A stretch of 12,915 nucleotides of DNA from Pseudothermotoga sp. (GTDB lineage Bacteria > Thermotogota > Thermotogae > Thermotogales > DSM-5069): assembly GCA_041640575.1 (NCBI GenBank), contig JBEPZZ010000049.1:1-12915 (forward strand), given 5' to 3'. Under the pieces are notes generated by a model. The model did no database searches. It worked only from the letters and a program-made list of their open reading frames with translations, and had not been told where the DNA came from. The number at the start of each line of letters is the position of its first letter. Position 1 is the stretch's first letter. Made by a program: the position numbers and the translations under genes. Positions 1 to 7,630 of the stretch are shown here, piece by piece.

Positions 1-1
1 T

Positions 2-988
2 GAAGCAATGAGAAAAGGTCTTACGAAGTATACTGATTCTTCCGGCATACCTCAGCTCAGAGAGAAAATAGCTAAATATGTTGAAGAAAGATTTAATGTT
101 AGCTGTCGCGCTGAGCAAGTCATAGTTTCTAATGGAGGTAAACAAGCAATATTTAATGCGATTGCTACAGTCATAGCTGAGAATGATGAGGTCATAATAA
201 TTGATCCATGCTGGGTGAGTTATGAGCCTATGGTTTTACTCCTTGGTGGAAAAACCATTCACGTTGAAACAAAGTCCGAAGATAGATTTGTACCTAAAGC
301 AAGTGAAATTGAAAAGAAAATTACACCATCAACAAAAGTGATCATTGTGAATAGTCCCAATAACCCTACTGGTGCTGTGTATGACGCTCGGACATTGAAA
401 GAGATATATGAACTTGCGGTGAAATACGATTTGCTGATAATAAGTGACGAGGTTTATGAATGCTTAGTGTATGATAAGGAACATGTTTCGATGTTTTCAG
501 TTTCCAATGGAGATAGGACCGTTTTGATTGATGCTTTTTCAAAATCTCATTCGATGACTGGATGGAGAATCGGTTATCTTGTTGCTCCACTTGAAATTGC
601 AAAAGCCGCTGCAAAAGTTCAGTCACACTTGACATCAAATATTAATACACCAACTCAGTATGCTGGTCTCAAGACATTCGAGGTTGATACTTCTTATATG
701 AGGAAAAAGTTTAAAGAGAGAAGAGATTTAGTATGCAAGCTGCTCGACGAGGCGAAAATCCCTTACATTAAACCAGAAGGAGCTTTTTACTTTCTTCTTG
801 ATGTCCGAAAGTATGAAGCTGATGATGTGAAATTCTGCATGGATCTTTTGAATGAAAAGTACGTTGCACTGGTTCCAGGAAGCGCTTTTCGTGCTCCAGG
901 ATTCGTCAGGCTGTCCTTTGCAACAAGTGAGGAATTTTTGATTGAGGGTATTAAGAGAATGGCAAGTTTCATTTCGTCGAAAAAATAG
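2..988 (+). CDS. aspC: Class I/II PLP-dependent aminotransferase (aspartate aminotransferase-like), 5'-truncated by the window edge
   Basis: The frame is open from base 2 (GAA GCA ATG), so the ATG at 8 is probably internal. Family motifs present: KYT..G..LR, NGGKQA, NSPNNPTG, SDEVY, PLP-lysine motif FSKSHSMTGWRIG, GAFY and VRLSFA. Substrate specificity is inferred. Confidence 0.85.
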   Translation, partial: EAMRKGLTKYTDSSGIPQLREKIAKYVEERFNVSCRAEQVIVSNGGKQAIFNAIATVIAENDEVIIIDPCWVSYEPMVLLLGGKTIHVETKSEDRFVPKASEIEKKITPSTKVIIVNSPNNPTGAVYDARTLKEIYELAVKYDLLIISDEVYECLVYDKEHVSMFSVSNGDRTVLIDAFSKSHSMTGWRIGYLVAPLEIAKAAAKVQSHLTSNINTPTQYAGLKTFEVDTSYMRKKFKERRDLVCKLLDEAKIPYIKPEGAFYFLLDVRKYEADDVKFCMDLLNEKYVALVPGSAFRAPGFVRLSFATSEEFLIEGIKRMASFISSKK

Positions 989-1006
989 CCTTGGGGTGAA
1001 AAATCG

Positions 1007-2740
1007 GTGATTAAAGACTTTCTTAAAAAATATTGGTATACCTATGTGTTAGGTATTAGCAGCCTAGCAGTGGTCGACCTCCTTCAACTTTACATTCCGA
1101 AATTCACAGGTCGAGTGATAGATCATCTTAGATATGATCAGCCCAATTTGAATTTTGTCGGTGTCGTCATTTCGTGGATTGTTGGTATAGCCTTGGGTAT
1201 GGCTATTTTGAGGTTTTTTTGGAGGTATTTCATTATAGGTGCTTCAAGAAAATTCGATTACCTCGCCAGAAACATGCTTTTCGACAAACTTCTTTCTTTG
1301 TCTTTAAGTTATTTCGATGCCAACAGAAGTGGAGATCTCATGGCAAAGTTCACGAATGACTTGCCGGCAGTCAGAATGGCACTTGCTCAAGGTATCGTCA
1401 TGGCTGTAGACGCTACTTTCATGGCAGTTGCAACACTTTTGTTCATGGGAAGAGTTGTGAGCTGGCGGTTAACTTGGATTGCAGTGATTCCAATGCCTGG
1501 TGTTGCTTTAGTCGCCTTGTTTTTTGGAAGACTAATTCATAAAAGATTTATGAGGGCTCAAGAGGAATATTCATCACTCAGCGAAATTACTGAGGAAACC
1601 ATTTCTGGTGTTAGGATAATCAAGAGCTTTGCAGCAAACGATTTAATGCATCAACTTTTCAATGAAAGATCTGCTGCAAATTACAAAGCTGCCATGTCTC
1701 TTGCCAAAGTTTCATCTCTCTTCTTCCCACTGATGACTTTTTTTGCTTCACTCTCGCATCTGCTAGCTTTGCGTTTTGGCGGGGCAATGGTGATTCAAGG
1801 TCAAGTTTCACTTGGTGAATTTGTTGCGTTCAATTCTTATTTGAGCATGCTCACCTGGCCGATGATGGCTTTCGGTTGGGTTTTGAATATGATTCAACGA
1901 GGAAGGGCATCTTACAAGCGCATAAAAGATGTCATGAAGGAGAAGCCTCAAGTTATAGAACCAAGCAGCCCCATCAAAATAACCCAAATTGACAAAGTGG
2001 AATTTCGTTCTTTGACTTACAGATATCCAGGAACCGCTAGGGATGTTTTGAAAAACGTGAGCTTTTCCTTTGAGAGAGGAAATATGGTCGGTGTTGTTGG
2101 AACAGTGGGGAGTGGAAAATCGACCATTGTGAAAATTTTGACCAAGTTGTACCCTGTCGAAAGGGGAACTGTTTTTATCAATGGTATTGACATCAATGAC
2201 ATTTCTTCAGAGAATATTAGAAACCTTATAGCTTTTGTTCCTTCCGAGGCCTTTTTGTTTTCCGAAGAAGTACAGAAAAATATCGCTTTTGCTAAGGAAG
2301 ACATAGACTTTGAAAGAGTTGTGAGTTATGCAAAACTCGCAGCAGTGCACGAGGATATAGAGAAATTTTCGCAAGGTTATAAGACTGTCGTTGGTGAGAG
2401 AGGTGTTACACTTTCTGGTGGGCAAAAGCAGCGCGTTACGATAGCGAGAGCCCTTTACACAGAGAAAGACGTTATTATTTTTGATGATTGTCTGTCTGCG
2501 GTGGATCCTGAAACAGAGGAACAAATTATTTCTTCACTTAGAGAAAACTACAAGGACAAAACTATGGTCGTGATCACACATAGGTTGAAGGTTCTGAGAG
2601 ACGCAGATATAATAATTGTTCTGGACGATGGAAAGATTGTGGAAATGGGTAATCACGAAGAACTTGTGGAAAAGGAAGGTTTGTATTACAAGATGTTTAA
2701 GAGACAACTTATTGAGGGAGATTTATCCGCAGATGAATAA
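1007..2740 (+). CDS. ABC exporter half-transporter (TMD+NBD fusion), MdlA/BmrC(YheI)-like
   Basis: GTG start with GGGGTGA Shine-Dalgarno (SD) sequence upstream. Multiple hydrophobic helices are followed by Walker A GTVGSGKST, signature LSGGQKQR, Walker B/D-loop IIFDDCLSAVD and H-switch ITHR. Confidence 0.92.
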   Translation: MIKDFLKKYWYTYVLGISSLAVVDLLQLYIPKFTGRVIDHLRYDQPNLNFVGVVISWIVGIALGMAILRFFWRYFIIGASRKFDYLARNMLFDKLLSLSLSYFDANRSGDLMAKFTNDLPAVRMALAQGIVMAVDATFMAVATLLFMGRVVSWRLTWIAVIPMPGVALVALFFGRLIHKRFMRAQEEYSSLSEITEETISGVRIIKSFAANDLMHQLFNERSAANYKAAMSLAKVSSLFFPLMTFFASLSHLLALRFGGAMVIQGQVSLGEFVAFNSYLSMLTWPMMAFGWVLNMIQRGRASYKRIKDVMKEKPQVIEPSSPIKITQIDKVEFRSLTYRYPGTARDVLKNVSFSFERGNMVGVVGTVGSGKSTIVKILTKLYPVERGTVFINGIDINDISSENIRNLIAFVPSEAFLFSEEVQKNIAFAKEDIDFERVVSYAKLAAVHEDIEKFSQGYKTVVGERGVTLSGGQKQRVTIARALYTEKDVIIFDDCLSAVDPETEEQIISSLRENYKDKTMVVITHRLKVLRDADIIIVLDDGKIVEMGNHEELVEKEGLYYKMFKRQLIEGDLSADE

Positions 2741-4313
2741 GATTGTACTTTTATTCATCTTTATTGGTGTTATTGTATTAGGAAATGTTGAATATTACTT
2801 TGAAAGCTCAAATCTGATTATCACCGGCTTGGAAAGATATGATCAGGTAGAGATTGTGCTCGATGATTTCACAACTGTTTTACCGGCAAATCTTGTGAAA
2901 TTACCTTGGACAAAGGGAAAGGTTGAACAAATTAAACTGATACCAATTGTAAAAAATGTTCGAGCTGAACCAATTGTTTTAAAAATAGATGGAACACGAG
3001 ATAGCGCGCCAATTTTTCGAATAAAGATTCCAACTTATTTGCCGGCTGGTAAGATACAAATCGAATATGTGTTGCTGGATGATTGGGATAAAGAGGAGAA
3101 TATAACAAAAAGGTCTTTTATAGACGGAAAGGCTGTAGATGTTTTTCGCAATGGTTATGTGGAAATTGATACGTTTTTTCTTCATTCCGGTGAGCACCGG
3201 CTCCGAGTTGTTATACGTGACCGTGCAGGAAATTTGACTGATCAAACGTATAAATTCACCGTTGTACCACATATACCTTCGCCACCTCCGGTCAAGTCTG
3301 GGAAAATCTCTTCGCAGAGGGATCACAGGATCTATTCGGTTCAGAACAGTGAACCCGTTATAGCATCGGCAAAAGGAGATGTTATTCTTAAGGAAAGTTT
3401 TTGTTTTGTAACAAGTATTGATGGGGCAGGTAATGAAAGTATTCCGGTACTTCATTACACGACATCGAATTTATCATCTTTTGAATCAGCGAATTTGATT
3501 TCCTTAAGCAGCTGTGTACTTGGTGGGAAAGAGCACACTGTCTTCGGAAGAATTATCATTCCCAGCAAAGATACAATTGTGCTCAAATCCGGTACTTCGT
3601 TAAAGATACCAGCAGGTTTCAGTCTCACAATAAGGGGTACTTTCATTGCAGAACCCGGATCTAGGATCTATGGTCAGGGTCAGATCATAGCTGCTGATGA
3701 AGCTAGGATCGCACTTGTTGGAGCAAAAATTGAGTCAGAAATACTGATCAATGGTTCAAATATGGTTTGGATCTCTGATACAAAAATAGCTTCGAAGTTT
3801 ACTGTTTCGCGGTCTTTGTTCCTTGCTCTTAATAATGTCAGTTTGCAAGAAGCATCCATTTCAAATGTTCGAAAATGTTGGATCAATGCCTCTACAATTG
3901 AAAACATCTCTCTGTCAGGCGTAGCAGACTTTCTAATCGTAGCCAGCAAGGTGACTCAGAGATTGCAGGTTACGGATTTTTCAAACGGTAGAATATACGA
4001 CTCTAACCTTTATTCAAACGATCTACCCTTGATAGTGTCAAATTTCTCGTCGGTAGAGACAATAGATTGTTGGATCTCTGGGAAGAGGTGCCTTCTAACA
4101 CAAGATTTCTCAGTTTTTCGAGCACGAAGTACTCAATTCAACGGTGACAATGCGATCTTAGTCTCGGGTTTCTCGGTTTTCGACGGTTTTTCGATCAGTG
4201 TAACATCAGCGACTGCACTTACTTTAAGAGATTCACGTGCAAGGTTGTTCAAAGCGGAAATGAATGGTCAGATTCTGAAAGTCGGACGTTCTGAACTGAT
4301 CAATCTTAAGTGA
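2733..4313 (+). CDS. Secreted or cell-envelope hypothetical protein (526 aa), with probable Ig-like domains and a C-terminal right-handed beta-helix
   Basis: Start reassigned to ATG 2733, which overlaps the ABC gene stop in ATGAATAA and has GAGGGAG at 2714-2720. The N-terminus MNKIVLLFIFIGVIVLG is signal-peptide-like. RDRAGN and DGAGNES resemble bacterial Ig-repeat D-x-AGN motifs. The C-terminal half is rich in Ser/Ile/Asn with short beta-strand periodicity. Fold calls are inference. Confidence 0.7.
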   Translation: MNKIVLLFIFIGVIVLGNVEYYFESSNLIITGLERYDQVEIVLDDFTTVLPANLVKLPWTKGKVEQIKLIPIVKNVRAEPIVLKIDGTRDSAPIFRIKIPTYLPAGKIQIEYVLLDDWDKEENITKRSFIDGKAVDVFRNGYVEIDTFFLHSGEHRLRVVIRDRAGNLTDQTYKFTVVPHIPSPPPVKSGKISSQRDHRIYSVQNSEPVIASAKGDVILKESFCFVTSIDGAGNESIPVLHYTTSNLSSFESANLISLSSCVLGGKEHTVFGRIIIPSKDTIVLKSGTSLKIPAGFSLTIRGTFIAEPGSRIYGQGQIIAADEARIALVGAKIESEILINGSNMVWISDTKIASKFTVSRSLFLALNNVSLQEASISNVRKCWINASTIENISLSGVADFLIVASKVTQRLQVTDFSNGRIYDSNLYSNDLPLIVSNFSSVETIDCWISGKRCLLTQDFSVFRARSTQFNGDNAILVSGFSVFDGFSISVTSATALTLRDSRARLFKAEMNGQILKVGRSELINLK

Positions 4314-4331
4314 TCTCATGGAAGTATTCTT

Positions 4332-5000
4332 ATGGCAAGACTCTTTGATGAAAGAATCTTTGAGAATCTTTTCATTCCAGATGCTGGAAAGTCTTACGGT
4401 GTGACGCATGCAACCACAATCCTTGCTTATCATTCTGCGCCGAACAAAAAGGTGAAGAATATTGTAGAACTTGGATGTGCAACAGGTGCGGTTAGCGCAT
4501 ACCTTGCAAGTACGTATCAGGTTGAAGTATTTGCAATAGAGAAGGACGAATACTTAGCAAACTTGGCGTTGAGAACTGTTGAGAAGAATAACCTTTCTGA
4601 AAAAGTGCACGTTTACAATGTTTCGTGTGCTGAGGTTGAGAAAGTTTTACCACGGGAAAGCTTTGACATGGTCGTGGCTAACCCACCTCATTATCTTTCG
4701 CATGTTCCAAGTCCAGATGAACTTCGCAGAAAAACGAGGTCTGGTGATTTCTCAACAGTGGAGGAGTTTATTGAGGCAACCTTTTACCTTCTTAGAAACA
4801 AAGGTTACTTCGTATACGTACTTTCTCCAACACACTTAATGCTTTGGATTCAAAATTTCTTAGTTCGAAACCTCCAACCGAAGATTTTTATACCGGTTTA
4901 TGGTGAAGCATCGAGATCAGCCGTGCTGGTGGTTTTAAAAGGTGTAAAGAACGGGGGTTTCGGATTGAAAATTGAACCCCCGTTGATCTTGAAAAAATGA
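4332..5000 (+). CDS. Class I SAM-dependent methyltransferase, tRNA1(Val) m6A37 (TrmN6/YfiC/YabB)-like
   Basis: Motif I IVELGCATG, acidic motif II AIEKD, motif IV FDMVVANPPH, then the family-typical LLRNKG segment and C-terminal VVLKGVKNG..LKIEPPLIL. Confidence 0.8.
   Translation: MARLFDERIFENLFIPDAGKSYGVTHATTILAYHSAPNKKVKNIVELGCATGAVSAYLASTYQVEVFAIEKDEYLANLALRTVEKNNLSEKVHVYNVSCAEVEKVLPRESFDMVVANPPHYLSHVPSPDELRRKTRSGDFSTVEEFIEATFYLLRNKGYFVYVLSPTHLMLWIQNFLVRNLQPKIFIPVYGEASRSAVLVVLKGVKNGGFGLKIEPPLILKK
4950..4984 (-). terminator. Putative intrinsic terminator for ackA, embedded in the 3' end of the convergent methyltransferase CDS
   Basis: Perfect 10-bp inverted repeat AACGGGGGTT (4950-4959) / AACCCCCGTT (4975-4984) with a 15-nt loop, about 21 nt past the ackA stop. 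On the - strand it is followed by CTTTACACCTTTT, an imperfect U-tract. Confidence 0.45.
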
Positions 5001-5005
5001 CAAGC

Positions 5006-6226
5006 TCAGAATATCTTCAATTCTCGAATCCTGTTTTCCACTATGTACTTTGTGTCACGAGCTATGACCAATTCCTCGTTTGTTGGAACTATAAGAACTG
5101 CAACCTTTGAATCTGGTGTGCTAATTATTCTTTCAACACCTTTTACATTGTTCAAATGTCTATCAATCTTAATTCCAAGAAATCCAAGATACTCGCAGAC
5201 TTTTTCCCTCACGTACGGCGAGTTTTCACCAACGCCGGCCGTAAAGGCAATTGCATCCACACCATTCATTGCTGCTGCGTATGCTCCTATGTATTTCGCT
5301 ATTTTGTACACGTATATGTCCAAGGCTAGTTGTGCAATTTCATTACCCTGCGTTGCTGCGTTTTCTATATCCCGCATATCTGAACTGAGATTTTTCGTAA
5401 GCCCGAGCATTCCACTTTTCTTGTTAAGTATGTCATAAACCTTATCAACAGATAAACCTAGATTCTGCTGCAAATATATAACTATTGCTGGATCAATATC
5501 ACCACACCGTGTTCCCATCACGAGCCCTTCTAGCGGAGTAAATCCCATAGATGTATCAATTGATTTTCCATGCCGAACCGCAGCTATGGATGCTCCATTA
5601 CCAAGATGACATGTTATGACTTTGAAATCATAGTAATCTCTTCCTAATATCTCCGCCGCTCGTTTTGAGACGTATCTGTGACTTGTTCCATGAAAACCAT
5701 ATCTTCTTATTCGGTATTTCTCGTAAAACTCGTAGGGAATACCATAAAGAAAGGCTTTTTTTGGCATGGATTGATGAAAGGCTGTATCAAAAACCGCTAC
5801 GCTTGGAGCATTTGGCAACAGTTTCTGAATAGCTTTTATTCCCATTATGTTCGGTGGATTATGAAGAGGCGCGAGGTGTGAATTTTCTTCGAGAGCTTTC
5901 ATAACTTCCTCGTCGATTAGAACAGAACTTGCAAAGGATTCGGCACCATGAACAACTCTATGACCTATGGCTGCTATTTCTGAAGTATCCTTAATGACCC
6001 CTATCTCAGGATCCATAAGAACTTCAAGGATGAGTTTGATCGCTTCTTCATGATCTTTCATTGGTTTTTCTATCACGTGTTTATCGCTATTTACCGTGTG
6101 AACCAGCCTACTGCCATCGATGCCAACTCGTTCAGCTATACCCTTACATAGAACCTTTTCGCCTTCCATTTCAATGAACTGATACTTCACTGAGGAACTA
6201 CCACAATTTAACACTAGAATTTTCAC
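5006..6226 (-). CDS. ackA: Acetate kinase (406 aa)
   Basis: Start reassigned to GTG 6226, with SD AGGAGG at 6240-6235, giving [16 protein letters not shown]. Motifs: [62 protein letters not shown] and PTNEE. Confidence 0.97.
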   Translation of the reverse strand: MKILVLNCGSSSVKYQFIEMEGEKVLCKGIAERVGIDGSRLVHTVNSDKHVIEKPMKDHEEAIKLILEVLMDPEIGVIKDTSEIAAIGHRVVHGAESFASSVLIDEEVMKALEENSHLAPLHNPPNIMGIKAIQKLLPNAPSVAVFDTAFHQSMPKKAFLYGIPYEFYEKYRIRRYGFHGTSHRYVSKRAAEILGRDYYDFKVITCHLGNGASIAAVRHGKSIDTSMGFTPLEGLVMGTRCGDIDPAIVIYLQQNLGLSVDKVYDILNKKSGMLGLTKNLSSDMRDIENAATQGNEIAQLALDIYVYKIAKYIGAYAAAMNGVDAIAFTAGVGENSPYVREKVCEYLGFLGIKIDRHLNNVKGVERIISTPDSKVAVLIVPTNEELVIARDTKYIVENRIRELKIF

Positions 6227-6234
6227 ACATATTC

Positions 6235-6278
6235 CCTCCTCAACACTTATAATAGCGTCCATCAAATATCTCTGTCGG
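6235..6278 (-). promoter_or_regulatory. ackA Shine-Dalgarno and possible sigma70-type promoter
   Basis: The SD AGGAGG (6240-6235) is clear. The candidate promoter CCGACA (6278-6273), 18-nt spacer, TATTAT (6254-6249) is only a weak match and would give a very short 5'UTR. Confidence 0.3.
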
Positions 6279-6364
6279 CTTGATCAAGAATTCATGCTTG
6301 AAAACTTTTACCAAGACTCACAAAAAGTTGAGCATGTTTTTCATGAATATCGTATCAGTTTACA

Positions 6365-6652
6365 TCAATCGTCACAGAGGTTTTTGAAAAATCCATCGTA
6401 ATCCACATTCACTTTGTTTTGATAAACCTTAAAGCCTAAATTTTCTAACTGTTCAACAGGTTGAACTTTCCCATCTTGACCATTTAGTGTAAGATTTTCA
6501 TGATACTTCGAAAGCTTCTTCTTACATATTGATAAACCTGTTTGCTATGATTAAACTTCCAGTGCTTCAACTACAATTCTAACACGCGATGAAACTTCAA
6601 TTATCCTTTTTAACACATCGAAAGTTACTGTTTTGCTACTTTTTATAAGCAT
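6365..6652 (-). pseudogene. Probable decayed coding remnant, family unknown
   Basis: One - strand frame reads ATG6652-MLIKSSKTVTFDVLKRIIEVSSRVRIVVEALEV*S*QTGLSICKKKLSKYHENLTLNGQDGKVQPVEQLENLGFKVYQNKVNVDYDGFFKNLCDD*(6365). It looks protein-like and is broken only by two nearby stops at 6553-6551 and 6547-6545. Confidence 0.35.
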
Positions 6653-6751
6653 GGAAAATTCACATGAACACATTCAAAGCAAAAATGGATTATACTTCAG
6701 TGGTCCTATTTCCTCGATCCTCAACTTTTAGAATAACTAAGCATAAAGATT

Positions 6752-7039
6752 TCAGTTTGGACCATTATTCTTTAGTATCTCCTTTATCTTTTCAGATACA
6801 TTTGCTGCTTTACCTGGCAAGCACATATCCGGCGTAACCTTTCCAGAAACTACAGCTTTTGCAAAACCTTCGCATCCTGGATAACCACAAGCTCCGCAGT
6901 TCGCACCAGGAAGAGCTTGCATAACAAGTTCCACTCTTGGGTCTTCTTTAACCTCGAATTTTTTAGCTGAATATGCAAGAAAAGTTCCAAAGGCAAATCC
7001 GAGGATTCCAAGTAGGACGGTTGAATATACAACAAGCAT
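6752..7039 (-). CDS. rnfB: Rnf complex subunit B, short form (95 aa: membrane anchor plus a single FeS domain)
   Basis: N-terminal TM helix, then KFEVKEDPRV and LPGANCGACGYPGC-x16-C. It is the last gene of the rnf cluster and has a GAGGAG SD upstream. Confidence 0.9.
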   Translation of the reverse strand: MLVVYSTVLLGILGFAFGTFLAYSAKKFEVKEDPRVELVMQALPGANCGACGYPGCEGFAKAVVSGKVTPDMCLPGKAANVSEKIKEILKNNGPN

Positions 7040-7054
7040 GATTTATCACACTCC

Positions 7055-7630
7055 TCAAAGCTTTATCAAACCTTGGAAACCCATAAAAGCCATGGAAATT
7101 ATGGCAGCCAATATCAGTGCAATAGGTAATCCTTCAAATGGTTTTGGTAAGTCGTAAAGCTCAAGTCTTTCCCTAATTCCAGCAAATATCACAAGAGCAA
7201 TGAGAAATCCTAGTCCAGCACCAAGTGCGTGAAAAATAGATTCAAGAAATGTGTAATTTGCTTGTGAATTGAGAATAGCCACCCCAAGGATTATACAATT
7301 CGTTGTTATCAGTGGTAGATAAATTCCAAGAGCTTCATACAATCCTGGACTATTCTTCTTCAGGAAGAATTCAACAAATTGGACAAAAGTTGCTATCACA
7401 AGTATGAACGTCACAGTTCTCAAAAAGTCCAAATTTAAAGCAACAAGAAGCTTGTTAACAGCCCAGGTTATTGCTGATGACATAACAAGTACGAATGTTG
7501 CAGCAAATCCCATCCCAACAGCAGTATCCATTTTCTTTGAAACACCAAGAAATGGACAAATTCCTAGAAATCTTATAAACACGTAGTTGTTGATCAGAAT
7601 CGCTGAGAAGAGGATCAAAAATACCCTCAT
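7055..7630 (-). CDS. rnfA: Rnf complex subunit A
   Basis: Polytopic membrane protein with NNYVF..FLGICPFLGVSKK, LGIYLPLITTNC, GIRERL and MAFMGF. ATGA overlap with rnfE. Confidence 0.95.
   Translation of the reverse strand: MRVFLILFSAILINNYVFIRFLGICPFLGVSKKMDTAVGMGFAATFVLVMSSAITWAVNKLLVALNLDFLRTVTFILVIATFVQFVEFFLKKNSPGLYEALGIYLPLITTNCIILGVAILNSQANYTFLESIFHALGAGLGFLIALVIFAGIRERLELYDLPKPFEGLPIALILAAIISMAFMGFQGLIKL

Noticed and set aside
2616..2732. 39-codon N-terminal extension of the secreted protein given in the ORF track
   Set aside because: It overlaps the conserved ABC C-terminus by over 100 nt. ATG 2733 has an SD and exposes a signal peptide.
366..5881. Short alternative-frame or antisense ORFs (366-638, 787-972, 1174-1359, 2017-2304, 2207-2524, 2979-3455, 3455-3646, 3680-3949, 4233-4433, 4579-4839, 5043-5438, 5678-5881)
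   Set aside because: All lie within or across well-supported genes and show no recognisable motifs; they are shadow ORFs.
6227..6265. 13-codon N-terminal extension of AckA
   Set aside because: It contains the SD itself. GTG 6226 gives the canonical [12 protein letters not shown] start.
6306..6665. Rex operator candidates (TTGTGAG at 6323-6317 and ATGTGAA at 6665-6659 on the - strand)
   Set aside because: Only half-sites are present; the second arm of TTGTGAA-N4-TTCACAA is missing.
6365..6760. Frameshifted or read-through C-terminal ferredoxin domain of RnfB
   Set aside because: No CxxCxxCxxxC pattern was found downstream, only an isolated MCSC.
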